From: an uncultured delta proteobacterium
Lineage (GTDB): Bacteria > Desulfobacterota > Desulfobacteria > Desulfobacterales > JAHEIW01
Assembly: GCA_963706575.1 (NCBI GenBank)
Contig: CAVPNL010000005.1
Coordinates: 331,556-395,555, forward strand
Direction: 5' to 3'
DNA length: 64,000 bases
Shown: positions 10,042 to 19,344 of the stretch, in pieces
How the letters are laid out: every line of letters starts with the position of its first letter
Numbering within the stretch: position 1 is the stretch's first letter
Position numbers and translations under genes: made by a program
Notes under the pieces: generated by a model
Seen by the model: the letters and a program-made list of their open reading frames with translations, nothing else
What the model was told of the DNA's origin: nothing
The model's database searches: none

Positions 10042-12345
10042 ATGTTCAAGTTTATCAAAAATATCCGGCGTCGGTTGGCGACCAAGCTCATTTTAACAGT
10101 CGGCCTGACCCTGCTCATTACGATTTCTACCTGGGCTTACTTTAATATCAATTATCAGGAAAAAAAGCTCATGGAGAATATTGTAGAAGGAACCGATCGG
10201 TTAACCAATACCATCAAACTCGGCACGCACTATGCCATGATGCTAAACTCGCGGGATGATATCAACCAGATCATTAATAATATCGGTAGGCAGAAAGAGA
10301 TCGAAACCATTCGTATTTATAATAAGGGCGGGAAAATCAAATATTCCAACCAGCCGACGGAAATTGATACCGCCACCAATATAAAAGATGAAGCTTGTTA
10401 TATCTGTCACCGGACGGAACCACCGCTGTTTGAACTCAGCCTGGAAGAAAGAACACGTATCTTTACCTCTGCCAAAGGCTATCGTTTACTTGGAATTATT
10501 AGCCCTATTTGTAATGAGCCTGGGTGTGCGACCGATGCCTGTCATATACATCCGAAAGGCAAAAAAATTCTTGGAGCGCTAGATGTGGTGGTCTCTCTGG
10601 AAGATGCGGATAAAGAAATCTTCATGACCCAAAAAGAAGCGTTTGGTTTGGCGGGTGCTATTTTCCTGGTGACATCCACCATTATTTTTCTTTTCCAGTT
10701 GCGGTTTGTCAATCAACCGATCCGGAAATTAATCGATGGAACCCGTACCATCGCAGAGGGGATTCATCCCAGCAGAGTCGACATTGACCAGGACGATGAG
10801 ATGGGAAAACTTGCGGTTGCCATCAATCAGATGAGTAAAAAAATTGCCGAAAAACAGGCCGAACTGAATGAACAAAGAGACGAATACCAGACCCTCTTTG
10901 AAAGGGCACCCTGCCTGATTACGGTTCAGGATCGAAATTATAAGTTGCTAAGATATAATCGCGAATTCGCAAAACAGTTTGATCCTCAGCCCGGCGAACA
11001 TTGCTATCATTCATATAAAGGGCAAGATCAGAAATGTGAAAATTGCCCGGTTGAACACACATTTGAAGATGGTCAAACCCATTATGGTGAGGAGACCGGG
11101 CTTAACAAAGACGGTACCCCGGTTCATTGGATTCTGCGAGCATCTCCGATTAAAAATGCGAAGGGTGAAATTGTTGCCGCCATCGAGATGAGCCTAGACA
11201 TTACACAGCGCAAACAGCTTGAGGACAAACTGGAAAAGTCTGAGAAGAAATATCACGAAATTTTCAACAATATGCCAAACCCCGTTTTTGTATTGGACCT
11301 GGCGTCATTGAAGATACTCGACTGCAATGAGAGTGTAAAACCAGTATACGGATTTGATAAAGATGAAGTCATTAACAGATCCTTTTTGGATCTCTTCATC
11401 GGAAAAGACCGTGATGAATATGCGTCAAAGCTAAAAAACGTTTCCGTGATCAACCAGGCAAAACAGCAGAACAAAAATGGCAAGACACTTTTTGTGACCA
11501 TCAGAATTTCGCCTTCGGATTATTCGGGCAATAAGGTGCTTCTCGTGAGCACCAGCGATATCACCAAACGGCTCGAAACCGAGCAGCAGTTAATCCAGGC
11601 CAGCAAGATGGCAACCTTGGGAGAGATGGCCACCGGAGTTGCCCACGAGCTCAATCAGCCGCTTTCGGTGATAAAAACCGCCAGCAGTTTTTCCATAAAA
11701 AAAATAAATAAAAACGAGCCGATCGAAGCGGAAATCTTGTTCAAAATTCTGGCAAAGATAGACAGTAATGTGGATCGAGCGACAAAAATAATTAACCATA
11801 TGCGGCAATTTGCGCGTAAATCTGAGATGGATTTGGAGAAAGTCCAGATCAACGACATTCTCGAAAGGGCTTTTGAGATTTTCAGCCAACAGCTTAAGTT
11901 AAGAGGGATTGAAGTCATCTGGTCCATCGACAAGAAATTACCGAAGATCAATGCGGATCCCGGTCGCATGGAGCAGGTGTTTATCAACCTTTTATTGAAT
12001 GCCAGAGACGCAATTGAGGATAGATGGGGTAATCAAGAGCCGCAATCAAGTGAAAAAAAGATTATTCTAAAAACAGTCTGTGATGGGCACAACGTCATCT
12101 GCGAGGTCTGTGATACCGGCATAGGGATTTCGGAATCTATTTCAGATAAAATATTTGAACCTTTTTTCACGACGAAGGAAGTCGGCATGGGCACGGGGCT
12201 GGGGTTATCCATCAGTTATGGGATCGTGAAAGATTGCGGTGGTAGTATACAGGTCGTTCCCAACAAGCCAGAGGGCGCCTGTTTTGTTTTAAAATTTCCG
12301 CTGCAGGATATAAACGATGCAAAAGAAATTACTACTCGTCGATGA
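10042..12345 (+). CDS. Membrane sensor histidine kinase (periplasmic c-type heme motifs, HAMP, two PAS, HisKA/HATPase)
   Basis: Two TM segments flank CYICH and CATDACH. HAMP DEMGKLA, H-box GVAHELNQPL, N-box NLLLNARDA, G-boxes DTGIG and GTGLGL. Confidence 0.9.
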   Translation: MFKFIKNIRRRLATKLILTVGLTLLITISTWAYFNINYQEKKLMENIVEGTDRLTNTIKLGTHYAMMLNSRDDINQIINNIGRQKEIETIRIYNKGGKIKYSNQPTEIDTATNIKDEACYICHRTEPPLFELSLEERTRIFTSAKGYRLLGIISPICNEPGCATDACHIHPKGKKILGALDVVVSLEDADKEIFMTQKEAFGLAGAIFLVTSTIIFLFQLRFVNQPIRKLIDGTRTIAEGIHPSRVDIDQDDEMGKLAVAINQMSKKIAEKQAELNEQRDEYQTLFERAPCLITVQDRNYKLLRYNREFAKQFDPQPGEHCYHSYKGQDQKCENCPVEHTFEDGQTHYGEETGLNKDGTPVHWILRASPIKNAKGEIVAAIEMSLDITQRKQLEDKLEKSEKKYHEIFNNMPNPVFVLDLASLKILDCNESVKPVYGFDKDEVINRSFLDLFIGKDRDEYASKLKNVSVINQAKQQNKNGKTLFVTIRISPSDYSGNKVLLVSTSDITKRLETEQQLIQASKMATLGEMATGVAHELNQPLSVIKTASSFSIKKINKNEPIEAEILFKILAKIDSNVDRATKIINHMRQFARKSEMDLEKVQINDILERAFEIFSQQLKLRGIEVIWSIDKKLPKINADPGRMEQVFINLLLNARDAIEDRWGNQEPQSSEKKIILKTVCDGHNVICEVCDTGIGISESISDKIFEPFFTTKEVGMGTGLGLSISYGIVKDCGGSIQVVPNKPEGACFVLKFPLQDINDAKEITTRR

Positions 12346-13438
12346 TGAAAAGGATGTCCGCGAGGTTCTGCTCTTACCCTTGTCGGATTTCGGATACCAT
12401 ATTTTCGAAGCCGAAAATGGAGAGGAAGCTTTGCGCCTTTTTAAGGAAGTCCAGCCGCCGATCGTTATGACTGATATTAAAATGCCGGGCATTGATGGTA
12501 TCGAGCTGCTGCGAAAGATAAAACATGAAAATCCGGAGACCGAAGTCATTATGATCACCGGGCATGGGGATATGGATCTGGCAATTAAAAGTCTTAAATA
12601 TGAAGCCACAGATTTTATCACGAAACCAATTAACGTCGATGCTCTGGAAATCGCACTCCAAAGGGCTATGGATCGAATTATTACCCGACAAAAACTACGC
12701 GAGTATACCGAAAACCTCGAGCAGCTTATACGCGAGAAAACCGAGTTGCAGAGCCATTTATCTTCGCTAGGTTTGATGATTGGATCCATATCTCATGGAA
12801 TAAAAGGCCTGTTGACCGGATTAGATGGCGGTATGTATCTGCTGAACTCAGGTTTTTCGAAAAAAAACAAAGACCAGACTGAAGAGGGGTGGGAAATCGT
12901 AAAGTCGATGGTCGAACGAATCCGCAAGATGATTATGGATATCCTTTTTTATGCCAAGGAAAGAGATCTCAAATTGGAGCGCATCGATATCCGAAATTTT
13001 GTCGAAGAGGTGGTCAAAGAACTTGAACCAAAAATGAAAAGTCAAAACATTAAATTCATAAAGAATTTCGATACTGATCTAGGAGAGCTCGAAGTTGACG
13101 CAACCTATGTCCATTCTGCCCTGATTAATATCATTGAAAATGCAATAGAAGCCTGCAGCCAAGACCAAACAAAAAACTCGCCTGAAATTGTTTTCAGCGT
13201 CAAAGCGCACAAAAAAAGCGTCATCTTTGAAATTGCTGATAATGGCATTGGTATGAATCGTGAAACTCAGGAAAGAATTTTTACACCATTTTTTTCGTCC
13301 AAAGGGAGCAAAGGAACCGGACTAGGGCTTTTTGTCTCCAACACCATCATCCAGCAGCATGGTGGTGTAATCAATGTGAAATCCACCTCCGGTCAAGGTG
13401 CTGTTTTTCAGGTAAAAATTCCGAAACAGGAGGGATAA
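12317..13438 (+). CDS. Cytoplasmic hybrid REC-histidine kinase
   Basis: LLVDDE..TDIKMPG..ITGHG..TKP receiver, H-box SISHGIKG, NAIEA, DNGIG, GTGLGL. Confidence 0.9.
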   Translation: MQKKLLLVDDEKDVREVLLLPLSDFGYHIFEAENGEEALRLFKEVQPPIVMTDIKMPGIDGIELLRKIKHENPETEVIMITGHGDMDLAIKSLKYEATDFITKPINVDALEIALQRAMDRIITRQKLREYTENLEQLIREKTELQSHLSSLGLMIGSISHGIKGLLTGLDGGMYLLNSGFSKKNKDQTEEGWEIVKSMVERIRKMIMDILFYAKERDLKLERIDIRNFVEEVVKELEPKMKSQNIKFIKNFDTDLGELEVDATYVHSALINIIENAIEACSQDQTKNSPEIVFSVKAHKKSVIFEIADNGIGMNRETQERIFTPFFSSKGSKGTGLGLFVSNTIIQQHGGVINVKSTSGQGAVFQVKIPKQEG

Positions 13439-14451
13439 TGAGAACTTTCGACGATTTAATTAAAGAAGTGCAAAACCCCGGACTTTGTCATCGTTGTGGT
13501 GCTTGTGTCGCCTTTTGTGCAGCCATTAACTACGGGGCTTTAGAGTTAGATTCAGAAGGGCAACCAAGATATGCGGATAAAGATAGATGTATCAAGGGTG
13601 GGCTGTGCTATGTAATCTGCCCGGCGATCGATGAGTTAAAAGAAGAAACAAAAAGAAAGGTGGATTGGGCCGCGCCCATGGGGCGGGTATCCGATATCCG
13701 TATTGCGCGTGCGAAAGACCCGGCTATCCGCAACGCAGCTACGGATGGGGGCGTTGTCACCGCGTTACTGGTTTATTTATTTCAAAAGCGTCAGATAGAT
13801 GCCGCTGTCGTGACAAAGCCTGTCGGGCCATTCAAGCGTGAATCGTTTTTAGCCGCAACTGAGGAGGATATTCGCAGTTCAGCCGGATCTTTCTTTGATA
13901 TCTCATATGGCATGAAAAGCTTAAGCGACCATTACTCGACTTATTCCCAGATAGGCGCATTTCATTCTAATATCAAAAATGGATTTCAACGTGTTGCCTT
14001 CGTCGGGACTCCCTGCCAGATACAGGCCATTCGCAAAATGCAAGCGATCAATATCTTCCCGTCGGATGCCGTCAAGTTATGTTTGGGACTGTTATGTTCG
14101 GGAAACTTCATTTTTGGAGAAAAACAACGGCGCCAGGTTGCCCAAATTGGCAATTTTCAATGGGAGCGTGTCAAGAAAATTAATATCAAAGAAAAGCTGA
14201 TGGTGCATTTAAAAGGCGGTGAAGTGAAAACAATTAAGCTAAACGATCTTAACTTCATGAAGCGGTTTCCTTGTAATTTCTGTGATGACTTTTCGGCCGA
14301 GTATGCCGACATTTCATTTGGCGGGCTGGGTGCAGATGAAGGGTGGACCACCGTTATTATACGCTCCCCGATAGGAAGGAAATATTTTTCATGGGCTAAG
14401 TCCAAAGCAATTGAAGAAAACGAGGAGGGTCGCCATCTGCATCATACCTAG
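13438..14451 (+). CDS. Coenzyme F420 hydrogenase/dehydrogenase beta-subunit (FrhB)-like protein; C-terminus probably continues in the +1 frame to 14569
   Basis: CHRCGACVAFC, DGGVVTALL, VGTPCQ, GLLCS, CNFCDDFSAEYADISFGG. Confidence 0.8.
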   Translation: MRTFDDLIKEVQNPGLCHRCGACVAFCAAINYGALELDSEGQPRYADKDRCIKGGLCYVICPAIDELKEETKRKVDWAAPMGRVSDIRIARAKDPAIRNAATDGGVVTALLVYLFQKRQIDAAVVTKPVGPFKRESFLAATEEDIRSSAGSFFDISYGMKSLSDHYSTYSQIGAFHSNIKNGFQRVAFVGTPCQIQAIRKMQAINIFPSDAVKLCLGLLCSGNFIFGEKQRRQVAQIGNFQWERVKKINIKEKLMVHLKGGEVKTIKLNDLNFMKRFPCNFCDDFSAEYADISFGGLGADEGWTTVIIRSPIGRKYFSWAKSKAIEENEEGRHLHHT

Positions 14452-14576
14452 TAAGGCACTCAACAGGGTCAGACATTGGTCGCAGAAGAAGAAAACATTG
14501 GCCCTTGAAAGTCGAAAAACGCTGAGTAGTAAATTTCCAGACCTAAAGCTGGAAGATTGTTCTTTATAAAGGGAGA

Positions 14577-14855
14577 ATGAAAATGGCGAAGATGCAAAAA
14601 TACATGGTGGTTCACAGCGATACCACTATTCCGTGGGAAAAAGTTGAAGAAAATTGGGCAAAACTCACCAATGTCGGAAATGCAATATGGGTGCGAACCT
14701 ATTTTAATAAAGAAAAAGGCGTGCGATATTGCTTGTGGATAGCTCCAGACGAAACCGTGTTGAAAACAATCTTTTCTAATCTGGATATTTCCTGGGAGTC
14801 TCTGATAGAGGTCGAAAAAACAGATCCAGATCTCTGGGATCAGAAGAAAGGGTAG
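14577..14855 (+). CDS. DUF4242-like (SCO4226-like) small protein, paralog 1
   Basis: YMVVH...WVRTYF..KGVRYCLWIAPDE pattern. Closely similar to 15135..15449. Confidence 0.6.
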   Translation: MKMAKMQKYMVVHSDTTIPWEKVEENWAKLTNVGNAIWVRTYFNKEKGVRYCLWIAPDETVLKTIFSNLDISWESLIEVEKTDPDLWDQKKG

Positions 14856-15134
14856 GAACATTTAGAAGCAGAAGGGTCTGACAACTGTAAAGTCACGTTT
14901 TGTTCAGGACACTTTAACTTAATATTTAGGCAGAGATTCAATGAAGAAACCTCTCAAAATGTGCATATCTTGCTCCTGACAGGAGATAAATCGTTCAGTC
15001 TGGAGCCTCTATGCACGTTCAGTATTCGTTGGCCTTACTTTCCTATTTCCTCTTGTCAGGAGACACTTTGGTTGTTTCAGGCACGGTGAGATATTGAGAT
15101 TATTTATTAACATCTCACTTGAGGAGGATCTGTC

Positions 15135-15449
15135 ATGGAAAAAATGTTAACATACATGATCGTCCACAATGATCCCAACATTTCATGGGAAAAGGTGGAG
15201 GAAAACTGGGGAAAACTCGCAAATGTCGAAACGTGTACATGGGTGCGGACTTGTTTTAATAAAGATAAGGGGCTGCGCTATTGTGTATGGTTGGCTCCCG
15301 ATGAGCGTACATTAAAATCGATTTTTACTGATCTTAATATCTCTTATGAATCGATAATAGAAGTTGAAGAAACGGTTCCAGATCTGTGGGGCAAGAGATG
15401 GGAAGAGCACCTCGCTGCAGAAGAAACGGCTAGCACACGGGGATTTTAA
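15135..15449 (+). CDS. DUF4242-like (SCO4226-like) small protein, paralog 2
   Basis: YMIVH...WVRTCF..KGLRYCVWLAPDE...SIIEV. RBS GAGGAGG. Confidence 0.65.
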   Translation: MEKMLTYMIVHNDPNISWEKVEENWGKLANVETCTWVRTCFNKDKGLRYCVWLAPDERTLKSIFTDLNISYESIIEVEETVPDLWGKRWEEHLAAEETASTRGF

Positions 15450-15501
15450 TAAAAATTCCCTAATTTGAATGTTAATTTACATCCTATGTGGTGAGTACTG
15501 A

Positions 15502-15532
15502 AGGCAGGGTCAGCAATGGCCCTGCCTATTTT
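15502..15532 (+). terminator. Rho-independent terminator
   Basis: AGGCAGGGTCA-GCAA-TGGCCCTGCCT hairpin followed by ATTTT. Confidence 0.65.
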
Positions 15533-15682
15533 ATCTTTAACTTTTGAGTTGCCATTTATCTGCATAAAAGTAGTCTTTATGAATTGCGGATTATGCCAGC
15601 ATATCAAAGGTCTGCAGGTCGTCATCCCTTTCCTTCATTTACAAAAATGCTTGACAACCCATTCGTAAACGCTCAGGGTTAT

Positions 15683-15700
15683 TATGAGCATATGCTTATA
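15683..15700. promoter_or_regulatory. Palindromic operator candidate, copy 1
   Basis: TATGAGCATATGCTTATA, downstream of TTGACA at 15651 and upstream of the FmdB-like gene. Confidence 0.6.
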
Positions 15701-15798
15701 ATCTAAGAGCCACTATCTCCGCAAATATTGATAATATTAGATACTTACTCGTGCAAAATTCAGGTAACAACAAATGATCGAGTTTTTGGAGGGATCGC

Positions 15799-16056
15799 AT
15801 GCCTTTGTTTGATTATCTCTGTGAGAAATGTGGAAGCGTTAATGAACTACTGATGACAGCAACGTCTGATCGACCGCAATGTCATTTCTGTGGCAGTCAA
15901 GAACTTAAAAAACTCATTTCGGCCCATTCTTCTGCATCCGGAGGATCTCAAATTCGTTTGCCGGCAGCGGGTGACACGGGTTGCTGCGGGTCGCAACCAC
16001 ACCAGGTCGACTGCGAAGGGCCAGGAAGCTGCTGCGGAAAAGTTGCTAAGCGTTAA
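15799..16056 (+). CDS. FmdB-family zinc-ribbon protein with Cys-rich tail
   Basis: MPLFDYLCEKCG...CHFCGS..LKKLIS; tail GCCG..C.GPGSCCG. Confidence 0.85.
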   Translation: MPLFDYLCEKCGSVNELLMTATSDRPQCHFCGSQELKKLISAHSSASGGSQIRLPAAGDTGCCGSQPHQVDCEGPGSCCGKVAKR

Positions 16057-16089
16057 AAGGCGGGCTATTTTTTATTGTCAGACATATAA

Positions 16090-16515
16090 ATGGAACAGAA
16101 AAAATTTGATTTTTGGCAGGATTATTCCCTGCGTTATCTGGAAATGGCCTTTCGTACTGACCGCCGAGGAATTGTTAAACATTCGGATGGTTACGGAAAG
16201 AGAACCGGTGTCTGCGGTGATAGCGTTGCAATGTATTTGACGATTCGTGGCGGTCGCATCCAATCGGTGTCATATGAAACCAATGGATGCCTGAGTACCA
16301 ACGCCTGTGCCAACACGGTTGCTGAATTGATCGAAGGTAAGGATATGGGATCGGCCTGGGAGCTAACACCCGAAGATGTGATGAAATACCTGGAAACATT
16401 ACCCTCGGAAAATGCCCATTGTGCCGAACTTGCGACCGGGGGCCTTTATCTGGCGCTACAAAATTTTCGGGAATTCAAGCATGATCCGAGAAAGAAGCTG
16501 TATGGGGGAAGTTGA
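16090..16515 (+). CDS. NifU/IscU-like Fe-S scaffold domain protein
   Basis: GVCGD, GCLSTNAC and HCAELA supply the three conserved Cys. Confidence 0.8.
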   Translation: MEQKKFDFWQDYSLRYLEMAFRTDRRGIVKHSDGYGKRTGVCGDSVAMYLTIRGGRIQSVSYETNGCLSTNACANTVAELIEGKDMGSAWELTPEDVMKYLETLPSENAHCAELATGGLYLALQNFREFKHDPRKKLYGGS

Positions 16516-16589
16516 CCGTTTTGCATGTTTGAGTGGGGTGCAAAAATTTAGGTGATCGAGGACCATACACGCAAGGTGTCGAATTTAAC

Positions 16590-16625
16590 AAAATAAGGGG
16601 TGGTAAATTAGCCACCCCTTATTTT
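16590..16625. terminator. Bidirectional Rho-independent terminator
   Basis: AAAATAAGGGGTGG...CCACCCCTTATTTT between convergent genes. Confidence 0.8.
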
Positions 16626-16662
16626 CTGGTGTATTCAATCGCTTCTTACCCCGGCCACCCAC

Positions 16663-17028
16663 TTAAGATTCTTCAGCAGATTTATTTTCCAGGGCATCGA
16701 TGCGCGCGTTGATTGCATCGAATGACTTTTTTAAGTAATCCGCCTCGGCTTTCAACATGTCCATTTCATCGGCTGCGTTCGCCGGATACACCGGACCCGC
16801 CACGGGTGGGTACCATTCCCATCCGTAACCCCTGCCATAACCGCGCCGCAGGCCGGCACCGGTATTAAATCCGCCTCTGAAACCGCGTCTCAACCCCAAA
16901 CCGCGGCCATACCCGTAGCCTCTGGCGTAAGTGGGAATGGTTTCAGCTCTTGCCGGGTTGCAGCGCCCTTTGGTTCCGCCGGTCATGGGGCCAGCACCCA
17001 TAGGACCTGTTCGATCAAAACCTGGCAT
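16663..17028 (-). CDS. DUF5320-family Gly/Arg-rich protein
   Basis: MPGFDRTGPMGAGPMTG..GRC, GRG repeats, C-terminal coiled coil. RBS AAAGGAGG. Confidence 0.8.
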   Translation of the reverse strand: MPGFDRTGPMGAGPMTGGTKGRCNPARAETIPTYARGYGYGRGLGLRRGFRGGFNTGAGLRRGYGRGYGWEWYPPVAGPVYPANAADEMDMLKAEADYLKKSFDAINARIDALENKSAEES

Positions 17029-17184
17029 AGGATCACCTCCTTTCGCTATCATTATAGCGGTTTTCAAAAAAACGTTCCACTATTCAAACGTTTGTTTCTA
17101 CAACCACTTATGCCGCATTTCCGCAATTCGGAACATTATTATGAAAAGCGGTATAATTCGTAAAAGGTTTGATTTATAGATTAT

Positions 17185-17385
17185 TTAAGACCGCTTGCCG
17201 CGGCCCTGTCCAGCACTGCTGCCTTCGCCCTGACTTCGGCCGGCACCTCTGCCTGATCTCCGGCCGCGGCCTCTGCCGCCCTGTTCCTGCGGTTTGGAAG
17301 TTCCGCCATTTCGGCCACATTTCCCCTGGCCTTTTCCCGTTTTAGGACCCTGGCCCTGCGGACCGGTTCGATCTCCTTGTGGCAT
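17185..17385 (-). CDS. Short DUF5320-like protein
   Basis: MPQGDRTGPQGQGPKTG..GKC, GRG-rich. RBS GAGGAGG. Confidence 0.7.
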   Translation of the reverse strand: MPQGDRTGPQGQGPKTGKGQGKCGRNGGTSKPQEQGGRGRGRRSGRGAGRSQGEGSSAGQGRGKRS

Positions 17386-17492
17386 AATTCTAACCTCCTC
17401 TTTGAGTAAAGTCATGGATTAATTGTTATTCATTATTTGGTTTAGCCGATGCTGCATAAGACACAACGGGCTGCAAATTCTTGCCGGCCAGC

Positions 17493-17828
17493 TTATGCGC
17501 CGCGCCGCCGCCGTCCTCTTCCGCGGCGCCTGCGGCTTCTAACGCGGAATTCATATGTTCCGCCCTCGATTTTCAGGGCTTTGCCGGTAACCAGGGCGTC
17601 AGCCACGATACTGCGGGCACTGGCGAGAATTCGGCCGTATGTGTGGCGCGACACCTCCATCATATTGGCGGCTGTTTCCTGATCCAGGTGCTCAAAATCA
17701 CTCAGCCGGATGGCTTCCAGTTCCTCCACGGACATAAACACCTCTCCGCTGATGTTCAAGCCATGGGGGACAAAAGCAGCGATGGCGGGATATCCGGATA
17801 CGAATCTGAGCTTTTTGGGTCGGGGCAT
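17493..17828 (-). CDS. DUF134 (UPF0251) HTH protein
   Basis: MPRPKKLR...EELEAIRLSD..LDQETAANMMEVSRHTYGRIL.SAR..VADALVTGKALKIEGG. Confidence 0.9.
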   Translation of the reverse strand: MPRPKKLRFVSGYPAIAAFVPHGLNISGEVFMSVEELEAIRLSDFEHLDQETAANMMEVSRHTYGRILASARSIVADALVTGKALKIEGGTYEFRVRSRRRRGRGRRRRGA

Positions 17829-17862
17829 TGGGGCTAATCTCCTATTACGCTCATTTGAGCAT

Positions 17863-17891
17863 AATATAATACCTTAAAAAATTAAAGTCAA
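17863..17891 (-). promoter_or_regulatory. Sigma-70 promoter of the DUF134 operon
   Basis: Minus strand TTGACT-N17-TATATT. Confidence 0.65.
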
Positions 17892-17908
17892 GAGAGAATA
17901 TGCTCATA
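17892..17908. promoter_or_regulatory. Palindromic operator candidate, copy 2
   Basis: GAGAGAATATGCTCATA abutting the -35 box. A further half-site pair ACGCTCATTTGAGCAT lies at 17847-17862. Confidence 0.5.
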
Positions 17909-18128
17909 AGAGCAAAATATTTTATCCAGGACCGCTGTGTATTGATTGACCTGCTGTACGGGGCGAGGCCTTTGATTTCTAACTTGAATTGATAAACGAG
18001 TCAGGCTGTGAAAATGCCGGCATTGCCCCTTTACCGCATATTCAAAAAATCGATCAATCAAGCCGGAATTATTGAAAATTTCGATTTGACCTATCACCGA
18101 ATATCGATTATTAAGTCCTAGTGAGGAT

Positions 18129-18144
18129 ATGAGAATATGCTCAT
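18129..18144. promoter_or_regulatory. Palindromic operator candidate, copy 3 (upstream of selD)
   Basis: ATGAGAATATGCTCAT, downstream of TTGACC-N17-TATTAA (18086-18114). Confidence 0.6.
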
Positions 18145-18219
18145 TTTAAATTTTTACGGTGATGTGGAGCACCGGCCTTGGAAGAGGCTATCGAATACGT
18201 ATTGATAAAGGAGAAAATA

Positions 18220-19269
18220 ATGATCGATTTGAAAAAGCCGCGCTTGACCGAAACCGTGGCCGGTTCCGGGTGAGCTTCCAAGCTGCCGCCAGGGGACCTG
18301 GAGCAAGCATTGTGCGGGTTGGAGATTCCAACCAACGAGCGTGTGATTGTCGGCATGGACAGTCTGGACGATGCCGGCGTATATAAAATTTCCGATGATC
18401 TGGCCATTATCCAGACCGTGGATTTTTTTACACCGATTGTAGACGACCCGTACTGGTTCGGCCAAATCGCTGCCGCCAATGCGCTGAGCGATATCTACGC
18501 CATGGGCGGGACTCCCAAAACAGCCATGAATCTGGTGGGCTTTCCGCTGAAGCAAATGGATATCTCAATTTTGCGGCAGATCCTTCAGGGCGGTCTGGAT
18601 AAAATGAAGGAGGCCGGTGTCATGCTGGTGGGGGGGCACAGCGTGGAAGACAGCGAGCTGAAATACGGCCTTTCAGTGACCGGATTCGTCCATCCGGACC
18701 GCATTCTGACAAAGAAGAATTTAAACGCCGGTGATCGTCTTGTGCTAACCAAGCCACTCGGCACCGGTGTTATCAATACGGCCATTAAAGGCGGCGTGGC
18801 TTCAGTCAAAGTAATTGATAAGATAACTCGATTGATGGCAACGCTTAACCGGAATGCGGCTGAGATAATGAAACAATATTCGGTGCACGCCTGCACGGAT
18901 ATTACCGGTTTCGGCTTGCTGGGGCATCTGGCAGAGATGGTGGACGGTACCGGGCTGGGTGCCGTCCTGGATTCTAAAAGAATTCCCATCTTGTCTGAGG
19001 CTGTGGATTACGCGGCCATGGGGATGCTGCCGGCGGGTGCAAATAAAAACAAGATCTTTCGGGAGTCGATGGTTGAATTTTATTCTTCCGTGAACCCGCT
19101 GATACGGGATCTTTTATTTGATCCCCAGACATCCGGTGGTTTGCTGATCTGCATCGATAGGGATGACTCCGATGAACTGGTTGAGGAGCTTATTCAAAAA
19201 GGCAGTGACTCATCGGCCGTTATTGGAGAGGTGGTTTCAGCACCGCAAGAGAAAATTGTGGTCAATTAG
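18220..19269 (+). CDS. selD: Selenide, water dikinase SelD (selenoprotein; UGA at 18271-18273)
   Basis: RBS AAGGAG and ATG 18220 read MIDLKKPRLTETVAGSG-U-ASKL, in frame with DDAGVY, QTVDFFTP, ANALSD, GGHS, TDITGFGLLGH, DPQTSGGLL. Hairpin CCAGG-GGA-CCTGG at 18289-18301. Confidence 0.95.
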
Positions 19270-19344
19270 TAAGCGGAGTAAAATATTCCATTCATCTCGA
19301 TACACCTCCCCGCTGACGATACAGCAATAGAAAAGGAGATTGAA

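Noticed and set aside
14853..14855. Pyrrolysine readthrough of the TAG in DUF4242 paralog 1
   Set aside because: The aligned residue is Glu and no pyl genes are in the window; a point mutation is simpler.
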